A DNA stretch of 46,583 nt from Candidatus Omnitrophota bacterium (GCA_023247235.1 JAHFGW010000004.1:314-46896); one strand, 5' to 3'; shown: positions 16,963 to 29,091, counted from the stretch's first letter. Translations and numbers: made by a program. Notes: generated by a model not told the origin, from the letters alone.

Positions 16963-18042
16963 TCAGCGACGCGCGGATCGGCGAGGCACTAGGCGTTTGG
17001 TGCGCGTGATATCGCGGCGGATCTGCCGCGTCAGAGCCGCAGGGGTTGGAAAGCGGCGCTCCTGCCGCAGGCGCGCCAGGAGCGCGACGCTGAGCTGGCG
17101 CCGACGCAGCGATCCGGAGAAGTCCAAGAGATGCACTTCGCAGGTCAGCGGGCCGCCCCCGAAGGTCGGCCGCACGCCGAGGTTCATGACGCCGCGCCAG
17201 CACCCCCTGGGCGGTGTCGTCCCACGTGCAGGGAAGGATCGTCCTTCGATCCCTCGACTCGCCCCTTGGGCTCGCTCGGGATCGTGGTGAGCGACCGCAG
17301 GGAGTCGAGCCACGACTCGCTTCGCTCGCTCAGGACGACGGCCGGATGGTCCCTCGTCCTTGACCAGAACCGCATACACGCCGCGCGGCGGCAACACCGC
17401 GGATTGCAGCCGGAGATTGGCCGTCGGGACCCGCAGGCGACGCCCCCGACCCGCGCCGGGCACCACGCACCCGTACAGCGTCGCAGGACGGCCGAGCAGT
17501 CGGCGCGCGTCGGCGAGCCGTCCGCGCGCGATCAGCTGACGGATGCGCGAGCTGGACACCGCCGCGCCGCCGCGTCGCACGGCCGGCACCTCGACGACGC
17601 CCAGGCCGTGCGCCGCGCCGAGCCGGCGCAGCAGCGCCATATCGCCCCGGCGCTGCCGGCCGAACACGAAGGCCTCGCCGACGACGACCGCGACGGCGCC
17701 AAGCCGCGCTTGCAGGACGCGCCGCACGAACAGGTCTGCCCTGGTGCGCGCAAAGCGCGCCGTGAACGGAATGACCCAGGCGCGATCAACCCCGAGGCGA
17801 CTCAGCCAATCGAGCCGGGCCCCCAACGGCATCAGCGTCGGCTGCGCGTGGGACGGTCGCAGCACGCTCTCGGGATCGGGGTCAAAGGTGACCGCCAGGC
17901 TCTCAGCCCGCAGGCGGCGCGCCAGCCGCACCGTAACGCCGAGGACGCGCTGATGCGCGACATGGACTCCGTCGAAGACGCCAATCGTGACGACGCGACG
18001 GCGAGACGGCGGGGGATGCTCAGGGCCGAGATGAATGCGCAC
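16963..18042 (-). CDS. ribF: Bifunctional FAD synthetase/riboflavin kinase with in-frame insertion
   Basis: TIGVFDGVHVAHQ, VSSSRIR, GRGRRLRVPTANL, GVYAV, NLGVRPTF, CEVHLLDF, LRQERRF; start approximate. Confidence 0.95.
   Translation of the reverse strand: MRIHLGPEHPPPSRRRVVTIGVFDGVHVAHQRVLGVTVRLARRLRAESLAVTFDPDPESVLRPSHAQPTLMPLGARLDWLSRLGVDRAWVIPFTARFARTRADLFVRRVLQARLGAVAVVVGEAFVFGRQRRGDMALLRRLGAAHGLGVVEVPAVRRGGAAVSSSRIRQLIARGRLADARRLLGRPATLYGCVVPGAGRGRRLRVPTANLRLQSAVLPPRGVYAVLVKDEGPSGRRPERAKRVVARLPAVAHHDPERAQGASRGIEGRSFPARGTTPPRGCWRGVMNLGVRPTFGGGPLTCEVHLLDFSGSLRRRQLSVALLARLRQERRFPTPAALTRQIRRDITRTKRLVPRRSARR
17241..17336. repeat. Nested REP-like palindromic element inside ribF
   Basis: Outer 30-bp unit GTCCTTCGA|CTCGCTTCGCTCGCTCAGGAC is split by a 66-bp inner doublet (17250-17315) of related palindromes; CGA occurs at both junctions. 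Confidence 0.8.
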
Positions 18043-18742
18043 GGCGCACGGGCTCCGGCTCACCGAGCGCAACGAGGCGCGCGGCGATGGCTTCGACCGT
18101 CGCCTCGCGGAGCCAGCGGACCGGCACGGCTCCGTCGAGCGACCAGTCGCCGATCTGCACGCGACGCAGCCCGGTGAGATGGCCGACCGTGCCGAGGCGT
18201 TCTCCGATGGTTTCCGCGAGCCGTCGCACGTACGTGCCCGCCGAGCAGCGCACGCGGATCTGGAGGGACTCGGTGGTCAACCCGAGGAGCGCCAACTCGA
18301 AAATCTCGACGACGCGCGCCTCAAGCGCGACCGGCTGGTTATGGCGCGTCCACCAGTACGACGGGCGCCCGCGCACTTTCACGGCGCTGTAGGCCGGCGG
18401 AATCTGCGACCCCCGACCGACCAGCGATGCCAGCACCCGCTTGACCTCGTCCTGTGCCAGGGCGGGGATCGCGGCCTCCCGCACCGGGCGCCCCTGGGCA
18501 TCCCCGGTGTCGGTTTGGATCCCGAGCCGCACGGTCGCCTCGTAGATCTTGGCATGCCGCTGAAACCGGTGTTGATGTTTCGTGGCCGCGCCGATGAGGA
18601 GGATCAGCAGCCCTTGGGCGGCGGGGTCCAGGGTGCCAGTGTGCCCGATGCGGCGCACGCCTAACTGCCGGCGCGCCAGCGCCACGACGTCATGGGACGT
18701 CATGTCGGCGGGCTTGTCGACCAGGAGCATGCCCTGCAGCAT
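18020..18742 (-). CDS. truB: tRNA pseudouridine(55) synthase
   Basis: VDKPADMTSHDVV, GHTGTLDP, TDTGD, QIPPAYSAVK, CSAGTYVR; short form without a PUA domain. Confidence 0.96.
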   Translation of the reverse strand: MLQGMLLVDKPADMTSHDVVALARRQLGVRRIGHTGTLDPAAQGLLILLIGAATKHQHRFQRHAKIYEATVRLGIQTDTGDAQGRPVREAAIPALAQDEVKRVLASLVGRGSQIPPAYSAVKVRGRPSYWWTRHNQPVALEARVVEIFELALLGLTTESLQIRVRCSAGTYVRRLAETIGERLGTVGHLTGLRRVQIGDWSLDGAVPVRWLREATVEAIAARLVALGEPEPVRRAHSSRP

Positions 18743-18755
18743 GGATCGCGTCGGC

Positions 18756-19112
18756 CTAGGCGTCTTCGTCGCGCCGCTTCAGCTCGTCGAGGGTCTCGGC
18801 CATGCGGATGGAGCGCTCGATCATCTCGTCATACCGAAACGCCAGCGCAGGGATCACCTTCAACCGAAAGCGTTTCTTGATGAGCGTCCGGATGAACGCC
18901 GCCGAATGGTCCAGCACATCCTGGGCCTGCTGCACGGCGGCTTCTCCGCCCAGACAGCTGAAGAATACTTTGGCGTGGCTGCCGTCTTTCGACAGCTCGA
19001 CCTGCGTCACGGTAATGAATCCCACCCGCGGGTCCTTCAGCTCGCGCTGGATGATCTGCGCGATCTCCTGCTGCAATTCATGCGCCAACCGTCCCGAACG
19101 CTGCGGAAACAT
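18756..19112 (-). CDS. rbfA: Ribosome-binding factor A
   Basis: ELKDPRVGFITVTQVELSKD...IPALAFRYD; upstream of truB. Confidence 0.95.
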   Translation of the reverse strand: MFPQRSGRLAHELQQEIAQIIQRELKDPRVGFITVTQVELSKDGSHAKVFFSCLGGEAAVQQAQDVLDHSAAFIRTLIKKRFRLKVIPALAFRYDEMIERSIRMAETLDELKRRDEDA

Positions 19113-19121
19113 GACCGAGGC

Positions 19122-19397
19122 TCACTCCTGTTCGATGCGGATCACGGCCACCGCGCGATCCGCGCGCATCCATCGCGAGACGTCTTCCAGCGTGCGCCGC
19201 ACGTGCGCCGGCTCGCTGCCCACGCAGACGACGCCCAGGCACGCGCGCTGCCACGTGTCGTTCGGCTCCACCTCCGCGACCGCGACGTTGAATGTCCCGC
19301 GCAGCCGCTCTTTGAGGCTGTTGAGCGCCGCGCGGCGGTCCTTCAACGAGTGAGACTCCGGCAGGTGCAGCTCGACGCGGAGCGACCCGACGATCAT
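19122..19397 (-). CDS. DUF503 (YlxP-like) protein
   Basis: MIVGSLRVELHLPESHSLKDRR...FNVAVAEV; usual position upstream of rbfA. Confidence 0.9.
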   Translation of the reverse strand: MIVGSLRVELHLPESHSLKDRRAALNSLKERLRGTFNVAVAEVEPNDTWQRACLGVVCVGSEPAHVRRTLEDVSRWMRADRAVAVIRIEQE

Positions 19398-20164
19398 CGC
19401 GCGCGCTCCAAGAGCCGGCTCAAATGGCGGAGGCACGCGGCGGGATCAGGCTCTTGCAACAGGCGCGTCAGTTCGCGCTCCAGCCGCCCCGCATTCAGCC
19501 AGCCGAGCGCGCCGGCGGCAAGGGCCTCGCGAAGCCGTCGGGCCGTCTGCGCCTCAAACGCCCATCCGAAGCGTTGCGCGAAGCGGATGCCGCGCAGGAT
19601 CCGCGTGGGATCGTCCAGAAAACTCCGCGCATGGAGGACGCGAAGCCTGCCGCGTTGCAAGTCCTCCCGTCCGCGGAATGGATCGGCCAGCGCGCCGAAT
19701 CGGGCGGCGTTCAGCGCGACCGCCATGGCATTGAGCGTAAAATCACGACGAAACAAATCTTCTTCCAGCGTTCCGCGAGCGACCACGGGATAGGCGGCCG
19801 GGCGCACGTAGGTTTCCTTGCGACACCCGGCCACGTCAATCCTGCGACGTGGATTCCGGCCAGGCAGTTGAAGGGTCGCGGTGCCGAAGGCGGGGTGAAC
19901 CTGGAGCGTCCCGCCCATCGCCTTCGCTGCGGCCTGGGCGAAGGCGGGCCCTTCCCCTTCGACGGTCACGTCAAGATCGGTCAGTCGCGAGCGCCCCAGC
20001 AGCCAGTCTCGCACGCACCCGCCGACGCCGTAGACGGCCACGCCGCGGGCATCGCCCAGCTGGCCGAGCCGCGCCAAGAGCGGCGTCACGGCAGGCGGCA
20101 GGCGCACAGGGGCGCCGGCTCGCGCGCCCTCCCGCGCGGGGGCTCGGGCCGGTCGGGGAGTCAT
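19394..20164 (-). CDS. Short tRNA nucleotidyltransferase (CCA/A-adding family, class II NTase)
   Basis: GGCVRDWLLG, DLD, FGT, RKETY, DLFRRDFTLNAMA, DPFRG, SFLDDPTRILRGIRF; 256 aa; ATGA overlaps at both ends. Confidence 0.88.
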   Translation of the reverse strand: MTPRPARAPAREGARAGAPVRLPPAVTPLLARLGQLGDARGVAVYGVGGCVRDWLLGRSRLTDLDVTVEGEGPAFAQAAAKAMGGTLQVHPAFGTATLQLPGRNPRRRIDVAGCRKETYVRPAAYPVVARGTLEEDLFRRDFTLNAMAVALNAARFGALADPFRGREDLQRGRLRVLHARSFLDDPTRILRGIRFAQRFGWAFEAQTARRLREALAAGALGWLNAGRLERELTRLLQEPDPAACLRHLSRLLERAR

Positions 20165-21028
20165 GGACGGGGGTGATGCTTCTCGTGGACGGCCTTCAGG
20201 CGGGCGCGATCCACGTGGGTATAGCGCTGCGTTGTGCTGATGTTGGCGTGCCCCAAGAGCTCCTGCACCGTTCGCAAGTCGGCGCCGCCTTCCAGCAGAT
20301 GCGTTGCGAAGGAATGGCGAAGCGTATGCGGGCCGACGCGCTTGGTGATCTGGCCCGCCCGCGCATAGCGCCCCAGGAGCTGCCAGATGCGCTGGCGCGT
20401 CAGCCGTCCTCCGCGCCGATTGACGAACACCGCGGTGGATTCGGTGCGACGTTTCACCAGCAGGGGCCGGAGGTCCGCGAGATAGCGGCGCAGCGCCACG
20501 TGGGCCTGCCGACCCATCGGGACAATGCGCTCCTTGTTGCCCTTGCCGATGCACCGGAGGAAGCCCGCCTCGAAATTCAGGCTCAACAATTCCAGCGCCG
20601 CCAGCTCGGACACGCGCAGCCCGGCGCCGTAGAGGAGCTCCAGGATCGCTAAATCCCGCAGGCCCAGTCCGTCCGTCTTGACGCTGCCGAGCAAGCGTTC
20701 CACTTCTTGCGCGTTCAGCGTCTGCGGGAGGCGACGCCAGAGCCTCGGGGTCTGGATGAACGTCGTCGGGTTCGCGGGCACGCGTTGCTCGGCCTGCAGA
20801 AACCTGAACAGCCCTTTGACGGCGGCCAGCTTGCGGGCCACGGTCGCGGGACTTCGGCGGGCGCGGAGCTGATGGAGGAAGCCTTGGACGTGGTCGGGAC
20901 GGACGGCCGCCAGGGACGCGATGTGTTCGCGCTCTAGATGCTGCGCGAAGAGCCCCAGGTCGATTTGGTAGCTGGAGATGGTGCTGGCGCTCAGGCCACG
21001 CTCCAAGCGCAGGTACGCCAGGAACGCG

Positions 21029-21057
<29 letters not shown>
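20161..21057 (-). CDS. xerD: Tyrosine recombinase XerD
   Basis: ERGLSASTISSY, GLRVSEL, GKGNKER, LTRQ, HTLRHSFATHLLEGGADLR, LGH, TTQRYTHV. Confidence 0.9.
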
Positions 21058-24361
<3,304 letters not shown>

Positions 24362-24387
24362 GAGACGCGCGCAGCATCGCGCGTGCG

Positions 24388-24669
24388 TTACAGGTAGCGG
24401 ATCACAAAATCGTCAAACGTATCCGTGCCGGAAATCCAGGTCGCGTCGATGCGCTGAATGAAGTTCTTCATCGGCCCCGTGCGCAGCGCTTCCAGGAACC
24501 GCTTAAGGGTGGCCTCGTCGGCCTCGGCCACCAGTTCCACCCGCCCATCCCGCAGATTACGCACCCAGCCCACGACGCCGATCCGCTGGGCGTTCTCCTC
24601 CACCGTGAGGCGAAACCCGACGCCCTGCACTCGGCCGGAATAAAAGACGTGGACCTGTTTTTTCGTCAC
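24388..24669 (-). CDS. acyP: Acylphosphatase
   Basis: SGRVQGVGFR and GWVRNLRDGRVE; GTG start at 24669. Confidence 0.95.
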   Translation of the reverse strand: MTKKQVHVFYSGRVQGVGFRLTVEENAQRIGVVGWVRNLRDGRVELVAEADEATLKRFLEALRTGPMKNFIQRIDATWISGTDTFDDFVIRYL

Positions 24670-24720
24670 TGAACTCGGATGACGACGCGCCCCTCGATCG
24701 CCGGCCACGAGACTCTCCCG

Positions 24721-25254
24721 TCAGTACTGCACAAGTGAGAAGATCTGGTGCGGAGTAAGTTTCTGCCGGCCCTGGAGTGCGGTGAGCTCCAGCAGAAAGG
24801 CGATCTCCACCACCTGCGCCTGAAGCCGCTGCGCCAGTCGAACGGCAGCCCCCATGGTGCCCCCCGTGGCCAGGACATCATCCATCAAGAGCACGCGCTC
24901 ATCCGCGGCCAACGCGTCCTGGTGGATCTCCAACACGTCTTCGCCGTATTCGAGCGTGCAGCGCTCTTGATGCGTGCGATGCGGCAGCTTGCCCCGTTTG
25001 CGCACCGGCACCAGCCCGATCTTCAGGCGCGAGGCGACCGCGGCGCCCACCACGAAGCCGCGCGACTCAATGGCGACCACGGCATCGAGCTGCTGGCCAC
25101 GGTAGCGCTGGGCAAAGCGCTCAATGGCCTCGTCGAATGCCTGCCGATCCCGCAACAGCGGGGTGATATCCCGGAACAAGATACCCGGCTTGGGAAAGTC
25201 GGGAACGTCCCGGATATAGCGCTTCAAATGTTCGGCTTGCCCGTCATGAGACAT
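24721..25254 (-). CDS. apt: Adenine phosphoribosyltransferase
   Basis: PDFPKPGILFRDITPL, IESRGF, RKRGKLP, LEYG, DDVLATGGT. Confidence 0.97.
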   Translation of the reverse strand: MSHDGQAEHLKRYIRDVPDFPKPGILFRDITPLLRDRQAFDEAIERFAQRYRGQQLDAVVAIESRGFVVGAAVASRLKIGLVPVRKRGKLPHRTHQERCTLEYGEDVLEIHQDALAADERVLLMDDVLATGGTMGAAVRLAQRLQAQVVEIAFLLELTALQGRQKLTPHQIFSLVQY

Positions 25255-25275
25255 GGTGACCTACCGTAGCAGATC

Positions 25276-25350
25276 TCGGGGCGCTGGGATTTGAACCCAG
25301 GACCTCTTGGTCCCGAACCAAGCGCTCTAGCCAAACTGAGCTACGCCCCG
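25276..25350 (-). tRNA. tRNA-Pro(CGG), 3' CCA not encoded
   Basis: CGGGGCG/CGCCCCG acceptor stem, D arm GCTCAGTTTGGCTAGAGC, anticodon arm CTTGG-TTCGGGA-CCAAG, T loop GTTCAAATC; discriminator A is followed by GAT. Confidence 0.97.
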
Positions 25351-25388
25351 ACACGGCAAACAGGAACTGGTACGATGAGGAACAACAC

Positions 25389-25417
25389 ATTCTACAGGGA
25401 CGCTGAAGGAGGGTCAA
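25389..25417 (-). promoter_or_regulatory. Sigma70-type promoter for the tRNA-Pro/apt unit
   Basis: TTGACC (25417-25412)-N17-TAGAAT (25394-25389); the -35 overlaps the ribE stop codon. Confidence 0.7.
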
Positions 25418-26016
25418 CGCGCGGACCGCGAGCTGGCTAACTGCCCCACCAGCTTGGTGAAGTAGTCGAGCTCAAGATTCACCGGCGAGCCCACGGAGAC
25501 GCCGCCGAGGGTGGTCTGCCGGATGGTTTCGGGTATCAGGTGGACCGTAAAGCTCGAACGGCCGAGCCGCGCTCCCATCGTGAGGCTCACGCCATCAACC
25601 GCGATGGGCCCTTTGGGCACCAGCCATCGCCGCAACGCAGGCGGTACCTGAATCTCCAGCACCACCTCCCCGCCCCGCGCCCTCCGGCTGAGGATGCGGC
25701 CCACCCCATCGACATGTCCGAGCAAGAGCTGCCCGCCCAGCCGGTCTGTTAGCGTCAGGCTCGGCTCGACGTGCACGCGCGCGCCGGGCCGAAGGCCAGC
25801 CAGCGCGGTCATCCGCAGCGTCTCCGGAATCACCTCGAAGGCGACCGCACCGCGCTCGATGCGCACCGCGCTGAGGCACACGCCGTTGACCGCAATGCTC
25901 TCTAGCGGCTCGATCTTGGCCGCCGTCCTGGGCGCCTGGATCGTCAGGCGGGCCAGCCCGTTGCGTCGTTCGTTGCGCGTCACCGTGCCCAGCTCGCGGA
26001 TGATGCCCGTAAACAT
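25414..26016 (-). CDS. ribE: Riboflavin synthase (alpha chain)
   Basis: N-terminal MFTGII, SIAVNGVCL, GHVDG, KGPIAVDGVSLT, VNLELD. Confidence 0.96.
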   Translation of the reverse strand: MFTGIIRELGTVTRNERRNGLARLTIQAPRTAAKIEPLESIAVNGVCLSAVRIERGAVAFEVIPETLRMTALAGLRPGARVHVEPSLTLTDRLGGQLLLGHVDGVGRILSRRARGGEVVLEIQVPPALRRWLVPKGPIAVDGVSLTMGARLGRSSFTVHLIPETIRQTTLGGVSVGSPVNLELDYFTKLVGQLASSRSAR

Positions 26017-27149
26017 CACGCCGCCTTGGCCTGGCGCGTCCCGGGATAGCGGACGCAGCCTTCGACACAGAGATCGATCCCAAAGCGACGCACCCGCACG
26101 TCCTCCAGCCGAATCGCCTTGGTGAGGCGATCGATCCCGGCGCCGCCGAGCGACGAAGGCGCCTCGCGGCCTCCGAGCAGCAGGGGGCTGATGCACCACA
26201 CCGCGCGATCGACCAAGCGCTGGCCAAACGCGCTCGCCAACACCTCCCCGCCCCCTTCGATCAAGACCGACTGGACGCCCCGGCGTGCCAGCGCCCGCAG
26301 GAGCGGGCGCAGCGGGACGCGCCCCTGGCGATCCGCGCGGAACCACAGCAGCGTGGCGCCGCGCCGCTCAAGTGCTCTGCCCTTGGCCCGCGGCGCCCGG
26401 GTCGTCGTGGCAATCAGCGTTGGCGCGGCAGGGCGGGCCGAAAGGCACCGTGCAAAGATCGGCGTGCGCAGCCGGCTGTCCAAGACGACCTTGACCGGAT
26501 GGCCGGCCCGAGGGCGCATGGCGCGCACGCTCAGGCGCGGATCATCCCGTAGGACCGTGTTGACGCCCACCAGCACGGCATCGACGTCCCGCCGCAGCGC
26601 GTGGGCATACTGTCGCGAGCGCTCGCTGGTGATCCAGCGCGACTGGCCGGTGGCCGTGGCGATCTTGCCGTCAAGGCTCTGGCCGACCTTGGCCGTGACG
26701 AATGGCAGCCCATGCGTCATGACCTTTTCAAACGAGGCGTTCAGCTGCCTGGCTTCCGCCTTCAGGAGGCCAGAGCGCACCTGGAGGCCCGCCCGCCGCA
26801 ACCGGGCGAAGCCCCGTCCGTTGGTCAGCGGGTTCGGGTCCCGGCTGGCCACGACGACCGTCTTCACCCCTGAGCGGATTACCGCCTCGCAGCAGGGGGG
26901 CGTGCGTCCGACATGATTGCAGGGTTCTAACGTCACGAACAGCGTGGCGCCGCGGGCCCGCGGACCGGCCTGGCGCAGGGCCGCGACCTCCGCGTGTGGG
27001 CCGCCGGCCCGGCGGTGATAGCCTTGACCGACGAGGCGGCCCCTCTGCACCACGACCGCGCCGACCATGGGGTTGGGCGCAGTGCGGCCCTTGGCGCGCG
27101 CGGCCAGGCTCAGGGCGAGCCGCATGAAGCGTGTGGCGTCGCCTTCCAT
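26016..27149 (-). CDS. ribD: Bifunctional pyrimidine deaminase/reductase RibD
   Basis: PNPMVGAV, HAE, TLEPCNHVGRTPPC, SLDGKIA, LIEGGG. Confidence 0.97.
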   Translation of the reverse strand: MEGDATRFMRLALSLAARAKGRTAPNPMVGAVVVQRGRLVGQGYHRRAGGPHAEVAALRQAGPRARGATLFVTLEPCNHVGRTPPCCEAVIRSGVKTVVVASRDPNPLTNGRGFARLRRAGLQVRSGLLKAEARQLNASFEKVMTHGLPFVTAKVGQSLDGKIATATGQSRWITSERSRQYAHALRRDVDAVLVGVNTVLRDDPRLSVRAMRPRAGHPVKVVLDSRLRTPIFARCLSARPAAPTLIATTTRAPRAKGRALERRGATLLWFRADRQGRVPLRPLLRALARRGVQSVLIEGGGEVLASAFGQRLVDRAVWCISPLLLGGREAPSSLGGAGIDRLTKAIRLEDVRVRRFGIDLCVEGCVRYPGTRQAKAA

Positions 27150-27964
27150 GCTCTGAGCGCCTCGACGAAGCGGTATGGGATCTTCACGATGCCGATTGGC
27201 ACGCCTTCCTTGGGCGTACCGTGGTAATCGCTGCCCCCGGTCCTGAGCAAGTGGAGCCGATCGGCGATCTGCTCGTAATGGCGGATTTGCTGGGGGCTAT
27301 GCTTGGCATGATAGACTTCAAGGCCCGCCAGCCCCTGGGGCACCAGGGCGTCGATCAGCAGATCGTGCTCGAGATAAATCGGGTGCGCGAGGACCGGCAC
27401 GCCGCCTGCCTCACGGATGACGCGAATGACTTCGCCGGGCGCCAGAGGCGAGCCGGGCACGAACCCGGGGTTGGTCGGTCCAAGATATTTTGAAAACGCC
27501 TCCGCCATGGAGCTGATGTAGCCGCGCCTGAGGAGCACCTGGGCCACGTGCGGCCGTCCGACCGTGCCCTCTGGCGCCAGCGCGAGCACTTCCTCGGCAT
27601 CGATCTGCACGCCGACCCGTTGCAGCCGGCTCACCATCTCTTTCGCCCGCTCCACCCGCCGCGCCTTTTGGCGCGCCAGGTGCGCCTTGAAGCCTGCGTG
27701 TTCCAAATCCATGAGAAAACCGAGCATATGCACCTCGTGCTCTTGGTCGCTGGCCGACATTTCAATCCCGGGGATCAATTCGATCCCCAGGCGCTCCGCC
27801 ACCGGCCGGGCGATCGCCAACGCATCGGTGTTGTCGTGGTCCGTGATCGCGATGGCCGAGAGCCCGGTCTGCTTGGCGAGCTCCACCACGCGCTCCGGCG
27901 TGTCCGTGCCATCGGAGTACCGGGTGTGCAGGTGCAAATCCGCGGTCTTTGCTAAGGCGGCCAT
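27110..27964 (-). CDS. PHP-domain phosphoesterase (TrpH/YciV-like)
   Basis: DLHLHTRYSDG, AITDHD, GIEMS, HMLG, GRPH, LAHP, GGSDYHG. Confidence 0.92.
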   Translation of the reverse strand: MAALAKTADLHLHTRYSDGTDTPERVVELAKQTGLSAIAITDHDNTDALAIARPVAERLGIELIPGIEMSASDQEHEVHMLGFLMDLEHAGFKAHLARQKARRVERAKEMVSRLQRVGVQIDAEEVLALAPEGTVGRPHVAQVLLRRGYISSMAEAFSKYLGPTNPGFVPGSPLAPGEVIRVIREAGGVPVLAHPIYLEHDLLIDALVPQGLAGLEVYHAKHSPQQIRHYEQIADRLHLLRTGGSDYHGTPKEGVPIGIVKIPYRFVEALRAWKATPHASCGSP

Positions 27965-27968
27965 CCGA

Positions 27969-28442
27969 TTATTCCGATGGGGGTGGCTCGCTCGAGGCCG
28001 CCGGCTCGCTTCCGTTGGCTCGCGCGCTTCCCGTCTGCTGCTCCAGCGACTTGTGGATCGCGTCCAGGATCCCGTTGATGAACTTGCCGGTGTCGGTGTC
28101 GCCGAAGCGCTTCGCTAATTCGACCGCTTCATTAATGGTGACTTTCGGCGGCACGTCCTTCAGGAACAACAGCTCAAACACGCCAAGGCGGAGGATGTTG
28201 CGATCCACCACGCCCATGCGCCCCAGGCTCCAATTGCTGGCGTGGTGGGTGATCAGGGGATCGATGTCGGCCAGATGCTCCCGCGTGCCTCGCACGAGCC
28301 GATCCGCGAACAGTTTGACATCGGCTGGCGGCGAGTGCTCCTGCCAAAACGCCGCAATGGCTTCGGCGGAGGCCTCGCGGCGGACGTCGAGCTGGTAGAG
28401 CGCCTGGAGGGCGTACTCACGGGCTTTGCTGCGTTTGCGCAT
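27969..28442 (-). CDS. nusB: Transcription antitermination factor NusB
   Basis: MRKRSKAREYALQALYQ, VDRNILR, VTINEAVELAKRF, FINGILD. Confidence 0.97.
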   Translation of the reverse strand: MRKRSKAREYALQALYQLDVRREASAEAIAAFWQEHSPPADVKLFADRLVRGTREHLADIDPLITHHASNWSLGRMGVVDRNILRLGVFELLFLKDVPPKVTINEAVELAKRFGDTDTGKFINGILDAIHKSLEQQTGSARANGSEPAASSEPPPSE

Positions 28443-28472
28443 CGCTGGAAATGCTTTCACAAATCTCTGAAG

Positions 28473-28563
28473 CCACAGATGGACACAGATGAAGAACCCG
28501 CCAATGAGCGCAGAGTGGCATCTGCGCCAATCTGTGGGCGTCCCGCCTCTGTGCTCATCGGTG
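28473..28563. repeat. CACAGAT decamer-based palindromic repeat at the ribH-nusB junction
   Basis: CCACAGATGGACACAGATG (28473-28491) is inverted to CATCTGCGCCAATCTGTGG (28519-28537, 16/19); CGCCAATGAGCGCAGAG (28499-28515) is inverted to CTCTGTGCTCATCGGTG (28547-28563, 14/17). Confidence 0.75.
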
Positions 28564-29091
28564 CCGTCTTGCCGTAGCCCGAAAACATCGCACCATATCC
28601 AGCGCCGCGGCGGCGGCCTCGGCACCCCGGTTGCCCAGCCGCCCGCCGGCGCGCGCGCGGGCCTGCGCCGGTGAGTTCACGACAATGACGCCGAAGGTGA
28701 CCGGCACCCGCGACTGGGCGGAGACGGTACAGAGGCCTTGCGCCACCCCTGCGGCAATCGCCCGGTACTGGGGCGTGCGGCCGCGGATAAGCGCCCCAAG
28801 CGCGATCACGGCATGCGGCCGAGGCCGCGAGGCGACCAGATGCGCGGCGGCTGCCGGCAGCTCGAAAGCGCCAGGCACCCAGAGCGTCCGGATCTGCGGG
28901 CTCAAGATCCCGGCTCGGCGTAAGACGTGCTGGGCCCCTTCAAACAAGGCCTGCGTGACGGAAGGATTAAACCGCGAGACGGCGATGCCAATGCGCACCG
29001 CGCCCAGCGCCCGCCCGTTGACCGGGCCATGAGCGGCCGAGGCCCTGGAGGCAAGACCTCCATCATGTGAACGCGCGCGCTGTGCCGTCAT
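28555..29091 (-). CDS. ribH: 6,7-dimethyl-8-ribityllumazine synthase
   Basis: IAVSRFN, VPGAFELP, ALGALIRG, PVTFGV, RAGG..GNRGAEAA; lies between ribBA and nusB. Confidence 0.93.
   Translation of the reverse strand: MTAQRARSHDGGLASRASAAHGPVNGRALGAVRIGIAVSRFNPSVTQALFEGAQHVLRRAGILSPQIRTLWVPGAFELPAAAAHLVASRPRPHAVIALGALIRGRTPQYRAIAAGVAQGLCTVSAQSRVPVTFGVIVVNSPAQARARAGGRLGNRGAEAAAAALDMVRCFRATARRHR

Noticed and set aside
20105-20160. GC-rich imperfect hairpin at the nucleotidyltransferase 5' end
   Set aside because: Pairing is irregular and matches none of the other repeat families.
28443-28625. ORF-track N-terminal extension of NusB
   Set aside because: It reads through the CACAGAT repeat and the ribH end; NusB homology begins at ATG 28442.
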